DNA of 64,000 bases, taken from assembly GCA_030704615.1 (NCBI GenBank), contig CM060732.1, positions 83,146,692 to 83,210,691 of the forward strand, given 5' to 3'. A program made the translations under genes and the position numbers. This DNA is from Takakia lepidozioides (taxonomy: Eukaryota > Plantae > Bryophyta). The notes beneath the pieces are model-generated. The model was given only the letters and a program-made list of their open reading frames with translations. It had not been told where the DNA came from and searched no databases. Each line of letters opens with the position of its first letter. The stretch's first letter is position 1. This document shows, piece after piece, positions 1-11,133 of the stretch.

Positions 1-76
1 TTTTTTTTTCCGGTGCCATTTTTCCAGTTCGGGGCCGAAAATGGCTAAGTCCCAGATCTGACTGGGCCCGCAACTG
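1..76. repeat. End of a palindromic satellite array (satellite A, same family as 16490-17593)
   Basis: gccatttttccagttcggggccgaaaatggctaagtcccagatctgactgggcccg matches the units at 16.5-17.6 kb. Confidence 0.9.
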
Positions 77-3000
77 CTTGAGGGTACTCAGCCCTGTGTT
101 TTGTGTTGTTAGAAGTCTTGCCTATGACTTGGCACTGAAGCACCTTCAGACCTGGCCCCATCATAATTTTGATTTTCAAGACCTGCTTGCTGGTAGGTGT
201 TGTGTGCTTCTAACCTTCTACCCTGGCAGAGTTTTGATCATGAAGTCCTGGAATTCCATTCCAGACCTGCAGCTCCTTACAGAGACTCAAATAAGCCATG
301 TCATTGCATGTAATGCTTGCTCATTCATTTGCAATGCTATGATACCTTCAGGCTGGCTGTTTTTTTAGGAAGGCGACTTATTCAAAAACTGGATTCTAAA
401 ACAGTAACCTTTATGGTCCAGCAAGTAGCCTAGCATGACAGTTTTAAATACTTTTTGACCTGCAATCTGGTTTCTGAAATGAAGGTACAATCTGCAAGTA
501 TAGGGGAATGTTTTTATTAAACCATGGTGCTTTCATGATATGATTGACCTGGAATTCTGAGTTATTATTTTTTACCCTGGCAGAGCTGTTTATGAGGCCC
601 CGGAATACCAATCCAGGCCTGCATATGCCTGAAAAAACTCAGCCCCGTTTCTACTTTACGAATCTTGCATGTGTCTTGGCACTGATAGATCGGTTTCAAG
701 CCAACACATGATGCTGGTTAACTTGTTGATCGGGCCGGGCTTGCAGGCTTCTTGCTCCCAAACCTAAGCGTACTCGCCGTCGACCTCCACTGCCTAGTAC
801 TCCACCTAGACGCAGCGGAAGGCTGGAGACCATGGCCGTTGAGGCACGCCAGTACCTGGACAAAGAGGAGGACGACGATTTGCTGTGTGTCCCTGCGGGC
901 GAGCACACTGGCGATTCCACTGAAGATGTCCTTCGCCATCCAGCTCTTGCACCGCACCTTCCCCAGAAACGCCCGTCGCCTACCCAATCTCCATCTGTAA
1001 GCACATGCTCATTCTGAGGCTACGTCTTTACAGTTTTTGTGCATTGACTTGCTGAACATTACTATGAACGATTCATGCAAATGTAGCGTCAAGTCCAACA
1101 ATTTCTTAGCAGCTCATCAACCAATGCACTTCCCACACAAATGAGGTTGAAAGGTGGAAGCCACAAAAAATCTGCCAGTGGACGTGGCACAACTTTGAAG
1201 CCAATCTCATTTGGAAGGTTTTCTGCAAAAGACTTTCAGGACTTTTGGGTAATACATACCATGCAAAATCATGTTTCAAAAAGTGCCAATTCAATGGTAG
1301 TAGCTTCCTCTTTTCCAGTATGGGGTTTCAAAATTGCAAGTCTCAAAATCCAGCCCATGCGCAATTTCTTCATCCTTCAGTCACTTTGGGTTTTAGTTTT
1401 TGCGCTACTAAAAGATTCGTAGTCAATGATCTTTCAGTTTACAAGTAAAATGCAATAGACAAGTGTTTGGTTTCACAAAAGCATGCCACTGCCAAGTGAG
1501 TCTTGCCCACTGTGAGATGCTTGGGAATACAGCCTGTGCTTTTGCCTCAACTAGAATATTATCTTTATGGGGATACAAAGGTGTGGGGTAGATGGACCAG
1601 CTGAGGGGATGAGAAGCTCCTCATAGTAGGATGAGTACAATTTCAGAATTAAACTGGCAGGTGCCAGGTGCTTCTTTCAAGTTAGAATGATTTTTTGTTC
1701 ATGCTTTGAATGAATTTAATGATTCAATGGGTTTACTGTTGTGCAGGCCAGGAAGTTCTAAGCGAGCTTCCATTGAAGGCACTGCAGCAGTAGTGGGCAG
1801 TCCATCGGGGCGGGGCTTGTTGAAACAAGTAACCTGCCCTAAACAAGTCTCTAGGCGCCAAACGGCCACCTCCACGACCAATTCTACAGTACCCTCCGTA
1901 CACACATTACCCACATGCCTACCCCACCCCCGATCAGTATGGCGTTGCAGCCCCTTACAACCCGCACATCCAATACAAGCCCCCTCCAGGTGGTTACACT
2001 GAGCAGCCATATGCCCATTCTCCTCCGCCTGTTCCACCTTACCACCCAGACCCTCATGCTTACCCACCATCTACACGACCACCATATCAACCCTTTGGGA
2101 CATACGGTGGGCCATACCGTACCGCCCCCCATTCCCCATGGCAACCCCCAGCAGTCCCACCACCACAGGAGGCAGAGGAAGACATCCCGATGACGAAGAA
2201 GGAGCGACCTAATGCTTTGAGGCGGGCGAACAGGAGAGCCAAGGCGGAGGCAATTCGAAATCAAGATGCAAGAGAGGAGGATGGACTCCCCCCTCAAGTG
2301 GTTTTGGTTGACAAAGCTGGAGAGCCCATTGGACCAGCACGCAATATCTGGCATGCAGCCCTGAAAGGGCAGATGTGGCGTTTGTGTGACATGTCAATGG
2401 CTATTGCCCAACAAGATGAATATGTCATTGAAGAAATATACAGGATTCTGAACACAACATTTTTGCATACACGCCACGTGCTCTTGACTATGAGCAAATG
2501 AGGAAGACACTTGGCGTGGCCATGAAAACTCAAAGACACGAGATCCATGCAATGTACAAGGCAGGCGTGGGGAGGCCTGCGCATGTGAAGGAAGCACATT
2601 GGGACAGGCTGGTATCGTATTGGTAGACACCTGGATTCAGCACAAAAAGTGCCATCATGAAGGTGGCAAATTCATCAAGGGAGAAGCCCTAAAAAACAGG
2701 ACGTGGTGGCCGGGCAAGCGTTGAGGCGCGCCTTGTAAGTTCAAACATCACTGAATTTTGCCTCTGAAACTCCCTTGTTTGTTGTGACCCCTTCTCTGCA
2801 ATTGGGTTCTCATTTGCTATTGTGTTCATGCATTGTACGAGGACTAGGTATAAGTACAGAAGCTGTAAGTATGCACAAGGTAGTAGATGTTGTTTCATAA
2901 GCTCATATGAAACAGAATGTAAGTAGTCTATTGATGCACAAGGCCATTTCCTGCTAAGTAAGCTTTGTATGTTTCAGTTGCAACAGTTGTAACACCCTGC

Positions 3001-5673
3001 TGTTCATAAGTTCATTTCGGAATGTTCTTAAATATGTATGATGCTACCCACCAGGATATGGCCATACTGATCCACTATGTTTACAACATACTGCTCTAGC
3101 TGGGGAAAGCACACATATGCAGGATGGGGAGTCAACCGTACATGGGTTTATGTCTATGTGTTAAATGACTGTAGTCATCCACACAACTTGGTTGCGGAGT
3201 CTGGTTTTAGCTTTCAACAATGGCTTCATAGCGAGGAAAGTAACATACAGTCATGTGTGGGGTATCATACTTTGGGTATCCCCTCGTAAGTGGGCTTTGA
3301 TTTGGACTGTTTGTCTGCAATCAGCAACCGTAGGTTGGGTTTGTGGTTGTTGGCGGAATTGTGAGCCCCATAGTGTGTAGTGGGCGAGAATGTAAATTGC
3401 ATACCAAAATGTAAATTGGATATACTCCACGATGATCAGACTTGTGGGCAGATGATGTTGTATAGGCAGTCACTCAAAATCCAATTTCAGCGAGACTGTG
3501 AGTGTTGGCATGTCATTTTATGATGGGTTCATGTGGGCCATGGTCTGGTGATGATTACCCTTGTGCATTAGCTGCATTTGTCACTCTCAGTGTTTTGCTG
3601 CAGGGATAGGGGAAAGGGGATGTCATTTCTTCATGATTAGGTAGTCTGGGTTTGATCATAGGTACGCACATAGCTGCTCCATTTGTGGTAGAATGGGTGA
3701 TTGGGAAGAATGGTGTCAGTGAGGTAAAATTGCCACAGCCTCCTATGTTATACTTATGTCATACTTAGAATACTGAGCAGTATGTCGCGGAATGATATGT
3801 CCCTCGTCATGGCTCACCCTGCTAGCATACTGAGTTGGTGCATGATTAATGCAGGCAGCAGAGCGAGGCCGAAGTCCATCGTTGCATGAAACCCAGGAAG
3901 GTTCTGTCAGTAGAACCCTGACCAGCGAGCGCTCGGTGAGATTCCCAAAGTCATTCCAGTTCCCTTTTTTTGTTCATTCTTTCTTTACCGGGATTTGCCC
4001 TACACGTGACATCATGTTTTCATGCTGTTCATGGGCTTTCGTGGACATAGCAGGAGGGGACCTCAGGGTATTCTGCAATTGCTCGGAAAGTGGAGGATAT
4101 GGAAAGATCGCAAGGTGTTCAACACGCAGATATTATGGATTTGAAGGCCACACTATCGCATGTCATGATGTACCAAAAAGCCATTGCCGAGAAATTTGGG
4201 ATAAGCATTTCCTCACCTACGTTTGTGGGCTCGTCCGCAGCAAACAGTTCCTGCATCGCTGGCCCTTCAGCCTCAAGACGCCTGGAGGACAGGTTTGACA
4301 CATCAGCCATGTCACCAGGTAATGTCACTCCGCTGACTCCATGCGAGGATGAAGTGCAGGTGGAGCATGTTGCACCTGGTGGAGGGGAGGACACCCCTGG
4401 CGAGGGACTTGCGCCCCCTCCTGTAGGTCTGTCATACTGTGCGGTAGAGAAGGCCCTTGCAGTGCTCCAGGCAGCTGCAGACGCGGCGGGGGCTTTCGAG
4501 ACAACCCTAGACATTGACCTTTTTCCCAAGCAGGCAGATATAACCGAAGCACCCACGGTTCTGACTTCCACTCCCAACCTTCATTTGCCGCATGACCAGG
4601 TCGTCAAAACTGCAGCTCAGCAGGGCAAGCATTTGCTGATTCTAGATGTTAATGGCTTGTTGTGTGAGCACGTCCATGTCGGTAGTAGTAATGTGTTTGT
4701 GGTTCCAAATGGGCTTTTGCACAAACTGTGTGGTAGCAAGATGGTCGTCGTAAGGCCTGGTTGCAAAGCATTTCTGGACAAGTGTTTTGAACACTTCGAA
4801 GTGGCAACATGGTCTTGTATGCAACCACGTAACTTCATACCCACGGTGGATTGGCTTTTCCATGGGCACAATGAACTTGCATTCAAGTGGGATGGGGGAT
4901 ATTGTGAGCAGTCCATAGAGATGGATGGGAGACCGCCCATGAAACCATTGTTTTTCAAAAACCTATCTTCTGTTTGGCGGGGCAACTGTGATTGGCAACA
5001 ACGCAATGGTGTGAGCCTTGCGCGTGAGCGCACGAGCGTACGCTCACACAGGAGTGACGTGGCATGAGCGTGCACCCACGTTGACGTGGCATGAGCGTGA
5101 TGTCAGCAGGCTGATATGGCGACAAATGCTGATGTGGCACTGCGCCGTCATCTGCCACGTCAGCATGAACATGCACCGCCTATAACCGAGGATGGTCCTA
5201 TGACCGTGGGATTAATGCAGGGAATCCTTGCCTGAATACAATGAAGACTACCATGGGGCCTACAATTGTAGCATCCAACATTGTGCAATTACAAATGTTT
5301 GTTTCACTTTTACAATTATAAGGACGAGAAAATATCCTCACAAAGTATGCGCCACAGAGGCTGCCACGGGAAGACCTTGCTCCCTCCCCAAATAACAATG
5401 AGAATTAGGATCATCTTCAAAAGATGATTGCAGTGCATAGCGACAGGAAAACATATAGACTTCGAAAGGTGCAATGATGCATGTGCTTTTAAAAGTTGCC
5501 ACTCAGAGCTCACTCAGTATAGTTGGAAGCATAATGGAGGGATAAGGGACGCCATATCATTGCACCGCCGACGATGTTGCAAACGAATTGATTTGAATTG
5601 AATTTCCATGACAATGTTGCAAATTGCACATTTCATAGCATGGTCGTCCACATACCACATTACATAACAGATG

Positions 5674-6776
5674 CTACCTATGTGTTGTATCCCGCTGCAA
5701 TAGAGTATCGACCTCGTTGAAACTCAGAGTGGTCTGGTGAACGAAGTTGTCACGTTTGGGATCACAAACCATCCTCTTCAAAAATATGAAATACAAATAT
5801 TTGCAGGGTATGAATTTACCTCTCTTGCCCAAACTGGTTGATAACATATTCACAAAGTCAGGACATGTGCAATTGGGGAAATTGGAAACCGTGATCCTGT
5901 AATGAACAGCAGATGTCGAAGTGATCATTGTGTACACCCAACCATATCCTGGATCGGGCACTTCCGTGGTGCTTGCAACACGAACTTGGAGCATTCTTGC
6001 GGACTCCACTTTGCCGAAGTGTTCAGCGGTTGGAGGGAAACGCCAAACCAGCTTTCCATCTCGTTTGGTTGCCACAAGTGAGGATTTGCCGGAGGGACCT
6101 GAGAGGATGCAGAAGTAGAAGCACATGCATGCAGTTGGGGTTGTCTCGCAAGGGAAAAGCCTGCCTCCTCCAGCATTGCAATCTCCTAACTCGTGAGATG
6201 TGTTCCCACCTTAACGGGCCAAACGGTTGGAGGAGCTGGCTTCATTACCACAGAAGGACGCACAATTCCATGCACACATCTACCACAATTGTCTGCGTAG
6301 AACCAGAACTTGTGGTTCTTGGCTTCTGGTTGGCCGTATGGACGCATCAAACCCGTGAAAGTCAGAGCAGGAGTCCGGGCACAACCTCTGGATATAGATG
6401 AAGTGCACTTTTCGAAATTAGTTGCCCTGATCGCTGTACATTTCACACGAGACCCTGCACTTGTGCGTTCTATGTGCCAAACATGGTCGGGGCATGTAGA
6501 CTCCAGCACATCAAGGGGGTAGTTTCTCTCTTGCATCATTTCAGTGGCACTGTTTGATGCTGGAGCCTGCCGTCGTGTCGGAGGTTCATCCAGAATGGAG
6601 GTTCCGGACATGAATTTGTCATGCAGAGGAACACGAGGCTTCGAGAAGTTATCACGGTCTGCCCTGTGCGAATCGGAATCCGAACCAAGTGGGATGTTCA
6701 ATTTCCTCTTACAGGAGCCGAATCTCTCATCCTCTTCAAAATGTGGAATTCTAGAAACAAGTGGCGTTCCCTGGGC

Positions 6777-6780
<4 letters not shown>
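5674..6780 (-). pseudogene. Zinc-finger protein remnant: PARP-type-like Zn ribbon plus C-terminal SWIM domain
   Basis: WHIERTSAGSRVKCTA...EKCTSSISRG, then after a stop and frameshift YRITVSNFPNCTCPDF...PCKYLYFIFLKRM...VHQTTLSFNEVDTLL (SWIM CxCxnCxH with H>Y). Confidence 0.7.
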
Positions 6781-6818
<38 letters not shown>

Positions 6819-7525
6819 AGAAGTGATGATCGGCGGCACCGACAGAAGTGATGGTCGGCACCGACCATCGCATCCACCCAAATGCAAAATGTCCAAAAAA
6901 AAAAAAAAAAAAACGGAGATTGGTGATCGGTAACAGAAGTGATGGTCGGCACCGATCATCACATCCACCCAAATGCCGAATGTCAAAAAAAAAAAAAAAA
7001 AAACGGAAAGTAATGATCGGCGGCACTGACAGAAGTGATTGTCGGCACCGACCATCGCATCCACCCAAATGCCGAATGTCAAGAAAAATAAAAATAAAAA
7101 ATGATGATCGGCGGCACTGGGAGAAGTGATGGTGGGCACCGACAATCGCATCTGCCCAAATGCCGAATGTCAAAAGCCAATAAAATAAAATAATTAAAAA
7201 AATAATTATTTATTTTAAAAAAAAAAGAAAAAAAAGAAAAAACAGAAAGTGATGATCAGCGGCACCGACAGAAGTTCTGGTCGGTGCCGACCATCACATC
7301 CACCCAAATGCCGAATGTCAAGAAAAAAAATAAAAAAAATAAAAAAAATCGGCGGCACCGACAGAAGTGATTTTCGGCACTGATCATCACATCCACCCAA
7401 ATGCCAAATGTCAAAAGCAAAAAATAAAATAAAATAAAAATAAAGAAAAAACCAGAAGTAATGATCGGCACCGATCATCACATCCACCCAAATGCTGAAT
7501 GTCAAATGCAAAAAAAAAAAAACAC
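6781..7525. repeat. Tandem repeat, about 6 units of roughly 105-135 bp with poly-A tracts, inside the SWIM element
   Basis: Repeated (A)n-cagaagtgatgatcggcggcaccgacagaagtgatggtcggcaccgaccatcgcatccacccaaatgccgaatgtc, with the internal hairpin gatggtcgg-ca-ccgaccatc. Confidence 0.9.
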
Positions 7526-9095
7526 AATCTACGGCTACCAATTCCGCGACTATAGGCCCTTTTCTCCCTGTTCTGTCCGCGGTCATAGGTACGCCCGTGG
7601 AAATGACATGGCGAGGCGTGACGTGGCGTTAACCACGCTGGCGAAGACTGCTGACGTGGCGTCGGACCCATGAGCCAACGTGGCGAGAACCGGTGACGTG
7701 GCGTGAGCTTGGCCGCGCTCACACGCTCACACGGCCAGGCTCACGCGGAGGCATCCGCCCTGTGATTGGAATCCCCAAAATACTCTTCTTGTTGACGACA
7801 TGCCACAAAAGGGGTCGAAGAATCCTGAATACAACGCAATTTACCCATTGCCTTGGAGAAGTCGTTCTGCAGAGGCAAGCCATGACAATTTTCCAATGCA
7901 AACCTTATGGCCCTTCTTGGAGGGGGCAGTTAAGGCTCCTAGCATTCCCGAGTATCTGCGAGGGCAACCCACATTTGGGCAAGCCGCTATGAGCCCTCGT
8001 GCCATTCAGCCTCGGCAGGTACCATACTTAGTCTTCATGGTACACATTGGCCAGAATTAGACAGTTTGTTGCTCCACTCCCTTGTACATTTGCCACCCCC
8101 CTTCGTGCTTTACAATTTGCGTGCATTAATTGTTGTGATGTCTGAGCTTGTTGGTTGGTTGTGGGTGCTTGGCCAGGAATGAGTTGCCCCAGGTCAAAGG
8201 GCAGCACACCTTCACCCTTTCAGGAAGCCGACACAGACACCCATGATCCCTGATTCGCAGAATGGGGTAAGTCTATGCATCTTCTATTCCCCCTTGCCCC
8301 ACCTGCATAGATCAGTTTTTTTACCTCTTCATTACAGACCGTGTAGACATAGTACATTGGGAGATTCTTGTTCCTTCATTTCTCATGCAATCTGGCATGT
8401 GTGGGGGTGGATGGCAGGTCATGGTGGGAGACCATGTGAAGCTCATAGACACAGTGTCGCGATCTACAGCCGGATCTGGCCGCATTGTTGGTCTCCAAGG
8501 GAGCGAGGTGAGTGAAGGGTACCCTGTCGTGCCAGAAGGCTATGTGGCCATCCACATTGATGATGTCCGGATTCCCAATGCCCCTCTACTATATCACAAC
8601 AAATCCATGAAGCCTCATCACACAGAGTTGGGAGACACTGTAGGTTATATTACTGTGTGGAGTGACAAACTAGTGAAGACTTTGCAGATGAAGAGATGAG
8701 ACAGGTCGACAGTCGCTAGCTTTGTGTATCTCATGCAGATTTCCACCTCTGCATTGTGCGGATTTGGAATTTTTGGTAGCTTGTAGTAGTGACAGATTCT
8801 TTGAATTGACTGCCCAATTTTTATAGCAATTATTTGTCCGCATCTCCTCATGCATGTTGTTGCGAAATTCTGCCTCGTTTATGTGATATGCTACAATAGG
8901 TGGTATGTCCCCTTTGCACACCCGGTGGTTGGTAATGGAGCTGGTGGATGGTGATGATGTTGTTGTTCGTGCTCTATCTGAATTGTGTCAGTCCCATTTT
9001 TGTGCCTTTAGTCTTGCTATTTACAGGATTGTGGTCCTCTACTCCCTTTGGCCATTCCCAGAGATGGGTTCGCATGTCTTGGTTGAGCACTGAGA

Positions 9096-10810
9096 GTCTA
9101 TCCCTGCTCCTTCAGCTATCCATGCCTCTGCACAAATCATGCATACATCCTTGCCTTGGTGCTAGCATGAAAAACAGGGTGAAATGTCTTGAAGAAGGTG
9201 CCTTGATTAGCAGTGTCTGATTTTATCAATTGTGCCGCTGCTGCTGCGGCTTCCTGTTGACCATCTACCCATGCAGGTTTCTTGTAGCTATCCTTCCACA
9301 GGGAATCATAGGTAATATAGAGCTTGAAGTCCGACCCTCTTGGATGAATCTGGACCCACACTCTATCCCTGCTCCTTCAGCTATCCATGCCTGCGTACAA
9401 ATCGTGAATACATCGGGCCAGTCTTGCTGCTAGCAGCTGAAGTAGGTGACACTGACGGCGTGAAGTTCTTCCAGCAAACACCCCAACCCTACCTACAGTG
9501 ACATGTCAAAATCACTCCAAAACTACTATAGATCCACCAACGAGCTTCTCCTCATCTCTGTTATCTGTTTTTTGATACTTTCTTGCTGCCACATCTGCAG
9601 TAACTTGTCAAAGTCACTCCTAACCACCATAGATCCACCCAACGAGCTAACTTACAGAATTCAATATGCATCTCAGGGCCGAGTCTGATGAGAGGGTAAA
9701 ACAGGCAGAAATAGGTTGAAGAAGAAGGTGCCCTCACCACATTGTCCTTGACCTTGTGTCATGACCCATGGAGGATTTGACCAACCATCAACCCAAAATA
9801 ACCTCTTGTGTGTGTTGCTTGTGTCTACAGTGTTGAGAATGACATCTGGTAATCTGACAGGCATTCACCTTTTTGCCTTGGCTGTCCCACCATTGACTGG
9901 GGTCAGAAAAGTATTCATACCACAGCTTCTGCTCGTCTTTGTTACCTGTTTTTGGATACTTTCCTATTGTCACATTGGCAGTATCATATCAAAGTCACTC
10001 CAAACAAGAGTCCTTCAACCACCTAACTTGCAGAATTCAACATGGAAATTTAGGGCCGATTCTGATAAGAGGAAAAAACAGGGTGAAATGTGTTGAAGAA
10101 GGTGCCTTCATTAGCAGTGCTTGATTTTATCCATTGTGCCGCTGCTGCTGCGGCTTCTGGTTGACCATCTGCCATCCATAGGGGGGCATAGGTAATTTGG
10201 AGCTTGAAATCTGGCCTTCTTGGATGAATTTGGACCCATATTCTATCCCTGCTCCTTCAGCTCTATCCATGCCTGTGTACAAATCATGAATACATCCTCA
10301 GCCTTGCTACTAGCAGCTGAAGCAGCTGACACTGACGGCATGAAGACGTTCTTCCAGCAAACATGCCAACCCTACCTACAGTAACTTGTCAAAATCACTC
10401 CAAAACTACCACAGATCCACCAAGGAGTTTCTCCTCATATATGTTATCTGTTTACGGATACTTTCATGCTGCCACATCGGCGGTAACTTGTCAAAGTCAC
10501 TCCTAGCCACCACAGATCCACCCAACGAGCTAACTTACAGAAGTCAATATGCATCTCAGGGTCGAGTTTGATGAGAGGGTAAAACAGGCAGAAATAGGTT
10601 GAAGAAGAAGGTGCCCTCACCACATTGTCCTTGACCTTGTGTCAAGACCCGTGGAGGATTTGACCGACCATCAACCCAAAAGGACCTCTTGTGTGTGCTG
10701 CTTGTGTCTAGTCAGGTACTGTCGGAGTGGTCTGTGAGAACCACCACGGTGCAGCTGAGCAGGCAGAGATTCAAACACGGTGTGCTAAGACCAATGTGAC
10801 TCTCCCAAGA
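9096..10810 (-). pseudogene. Tandemly duplicated captured fragments of an OSB-like (organellar ssDNA-binding, PDF-motif) gene
   Basis: KLWYEYFSDPSQWWDSQGKKVN, KRLFWVDGWSNPPWV and HPRGSDFKLYITYDSLWKDSYKKPAWV resemble the OSB PDF repeat (LW..FF.NP..WWDNR..K.NP..PDFKHK.T.EALW....P.W). Block ~9170-9830 is duplicated at ~10075-10710. Confidence 0.7.
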
Positions 10811-10967
10811 ACCTTGTAAACATCAGGAAGAATACCAACATGAGGAGGAGCTGCAGAGGTGGGAGAAGCAACGAGGAGGGCAGCGAGCGCAACAGTGGGG
10901 GGAGTGAGGCTTAGTGCATGAGGCAGGAAGAAAAAACGACGCAAAAGGAGGGCGAAAGGTTTCGTTC

Positions 10968-11004
10968 CCGCGATATCGCGGCTGGCAGGTAGAGCCCTTA
11001 CTAG
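10968..11004 (+). mobile_element. Helitron-like 3' terminus
   Basis: GC-rich perfect palindrome ccgcgatatcgcgg (10968-10981) followed 19 nt later by CTAG|T (11001-11005); the 5' end was not located. Confidence 0.55.
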
Positions 11005-11133
11005 TATACTACATACAAACATCTACATATGACCCCCAAAAATATGTATATATTTTAGACATTTTCTAGCCCCTTTATATATACATAGTCTATATGGGGG
11101 TAATAAATTAACCCCCTTCTGTTCACGCACGTG
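11005..11133. mobile_element. Putative terminus of the CACTA-like element (ends CACGCACGTG)
   Basis: AT-rich segment with tatatggggg ending in cacgcacgtg-ata; the same arrangement recurs at 20700-20802, and both abut unrelated LINE sequence. Confidence 0.45.

Larger units (their letters stand above)
4995..7760 (-). mobile_element. Non-autonomous DNA transposon with SWIM zinc-finger gene remnant, imperfect subterminal inverted repeats and 8-9 bp TSD
   Basis: TGTGATTG(G) is duplicated at 4987-4994/5 and 7761-7768/9, and removing the insert restores the phosphatase frame. Both ends carry an inverted GTGAGCC..GTGAGCG motif 16 nt inside the termini plus TGACGTGGC repeats. Confidence 0.85.
4627..8018 (+). 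other. FCP1/SCP-like (NIF) HAD phosphatase domain, split in two (4627-4994 and 7761-8018)
   Basis: N-half KHLLILDVNGLL...VRPGCKAFLDKCFEHFEVATWS...FKWD...KPLFFKNLSSVW. After removing the insert the C-half is in frame: CDWNPQNTLLVDDMPQKGSKNPEYNAIYPLPW...LWPFLEG...PTFGQAAM. Confidence 0.85.
832..8699 (+). pseudogene. Multi-exon CACTA (En/Spm) TnpA/ORF2-like pseudogene with an embedded FCP1-like phosphatase domain; interrupted by a nested element at 4995-7760
   Basis: 2190-2735 reads VDKAGEPIGP...HWDRLVSYW*TPGFSTKSAIMKVANSSREKP*KTGRGGRASVEARL then gtaagt, a Ptta/En/Spm (Transposase_24)-like motif with stops and a frameshift. A short exon AERGRSPSLHETQE lies near 3855. 8385-8699 reads GRIVGLQG...GYVAIHIDDVRIPNAPL...ELGDTVGYITVW, a Tnp1/En/Spm C-terminal-like domain. 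The 5' boundary is uncertain. Confidence 0.7.

Noticed and set aside
6544-7586. ORFs with poly-Lys/poly-Phe tracts
   Set aside because: Translations of poly-A/T tracts in a tandem repeat
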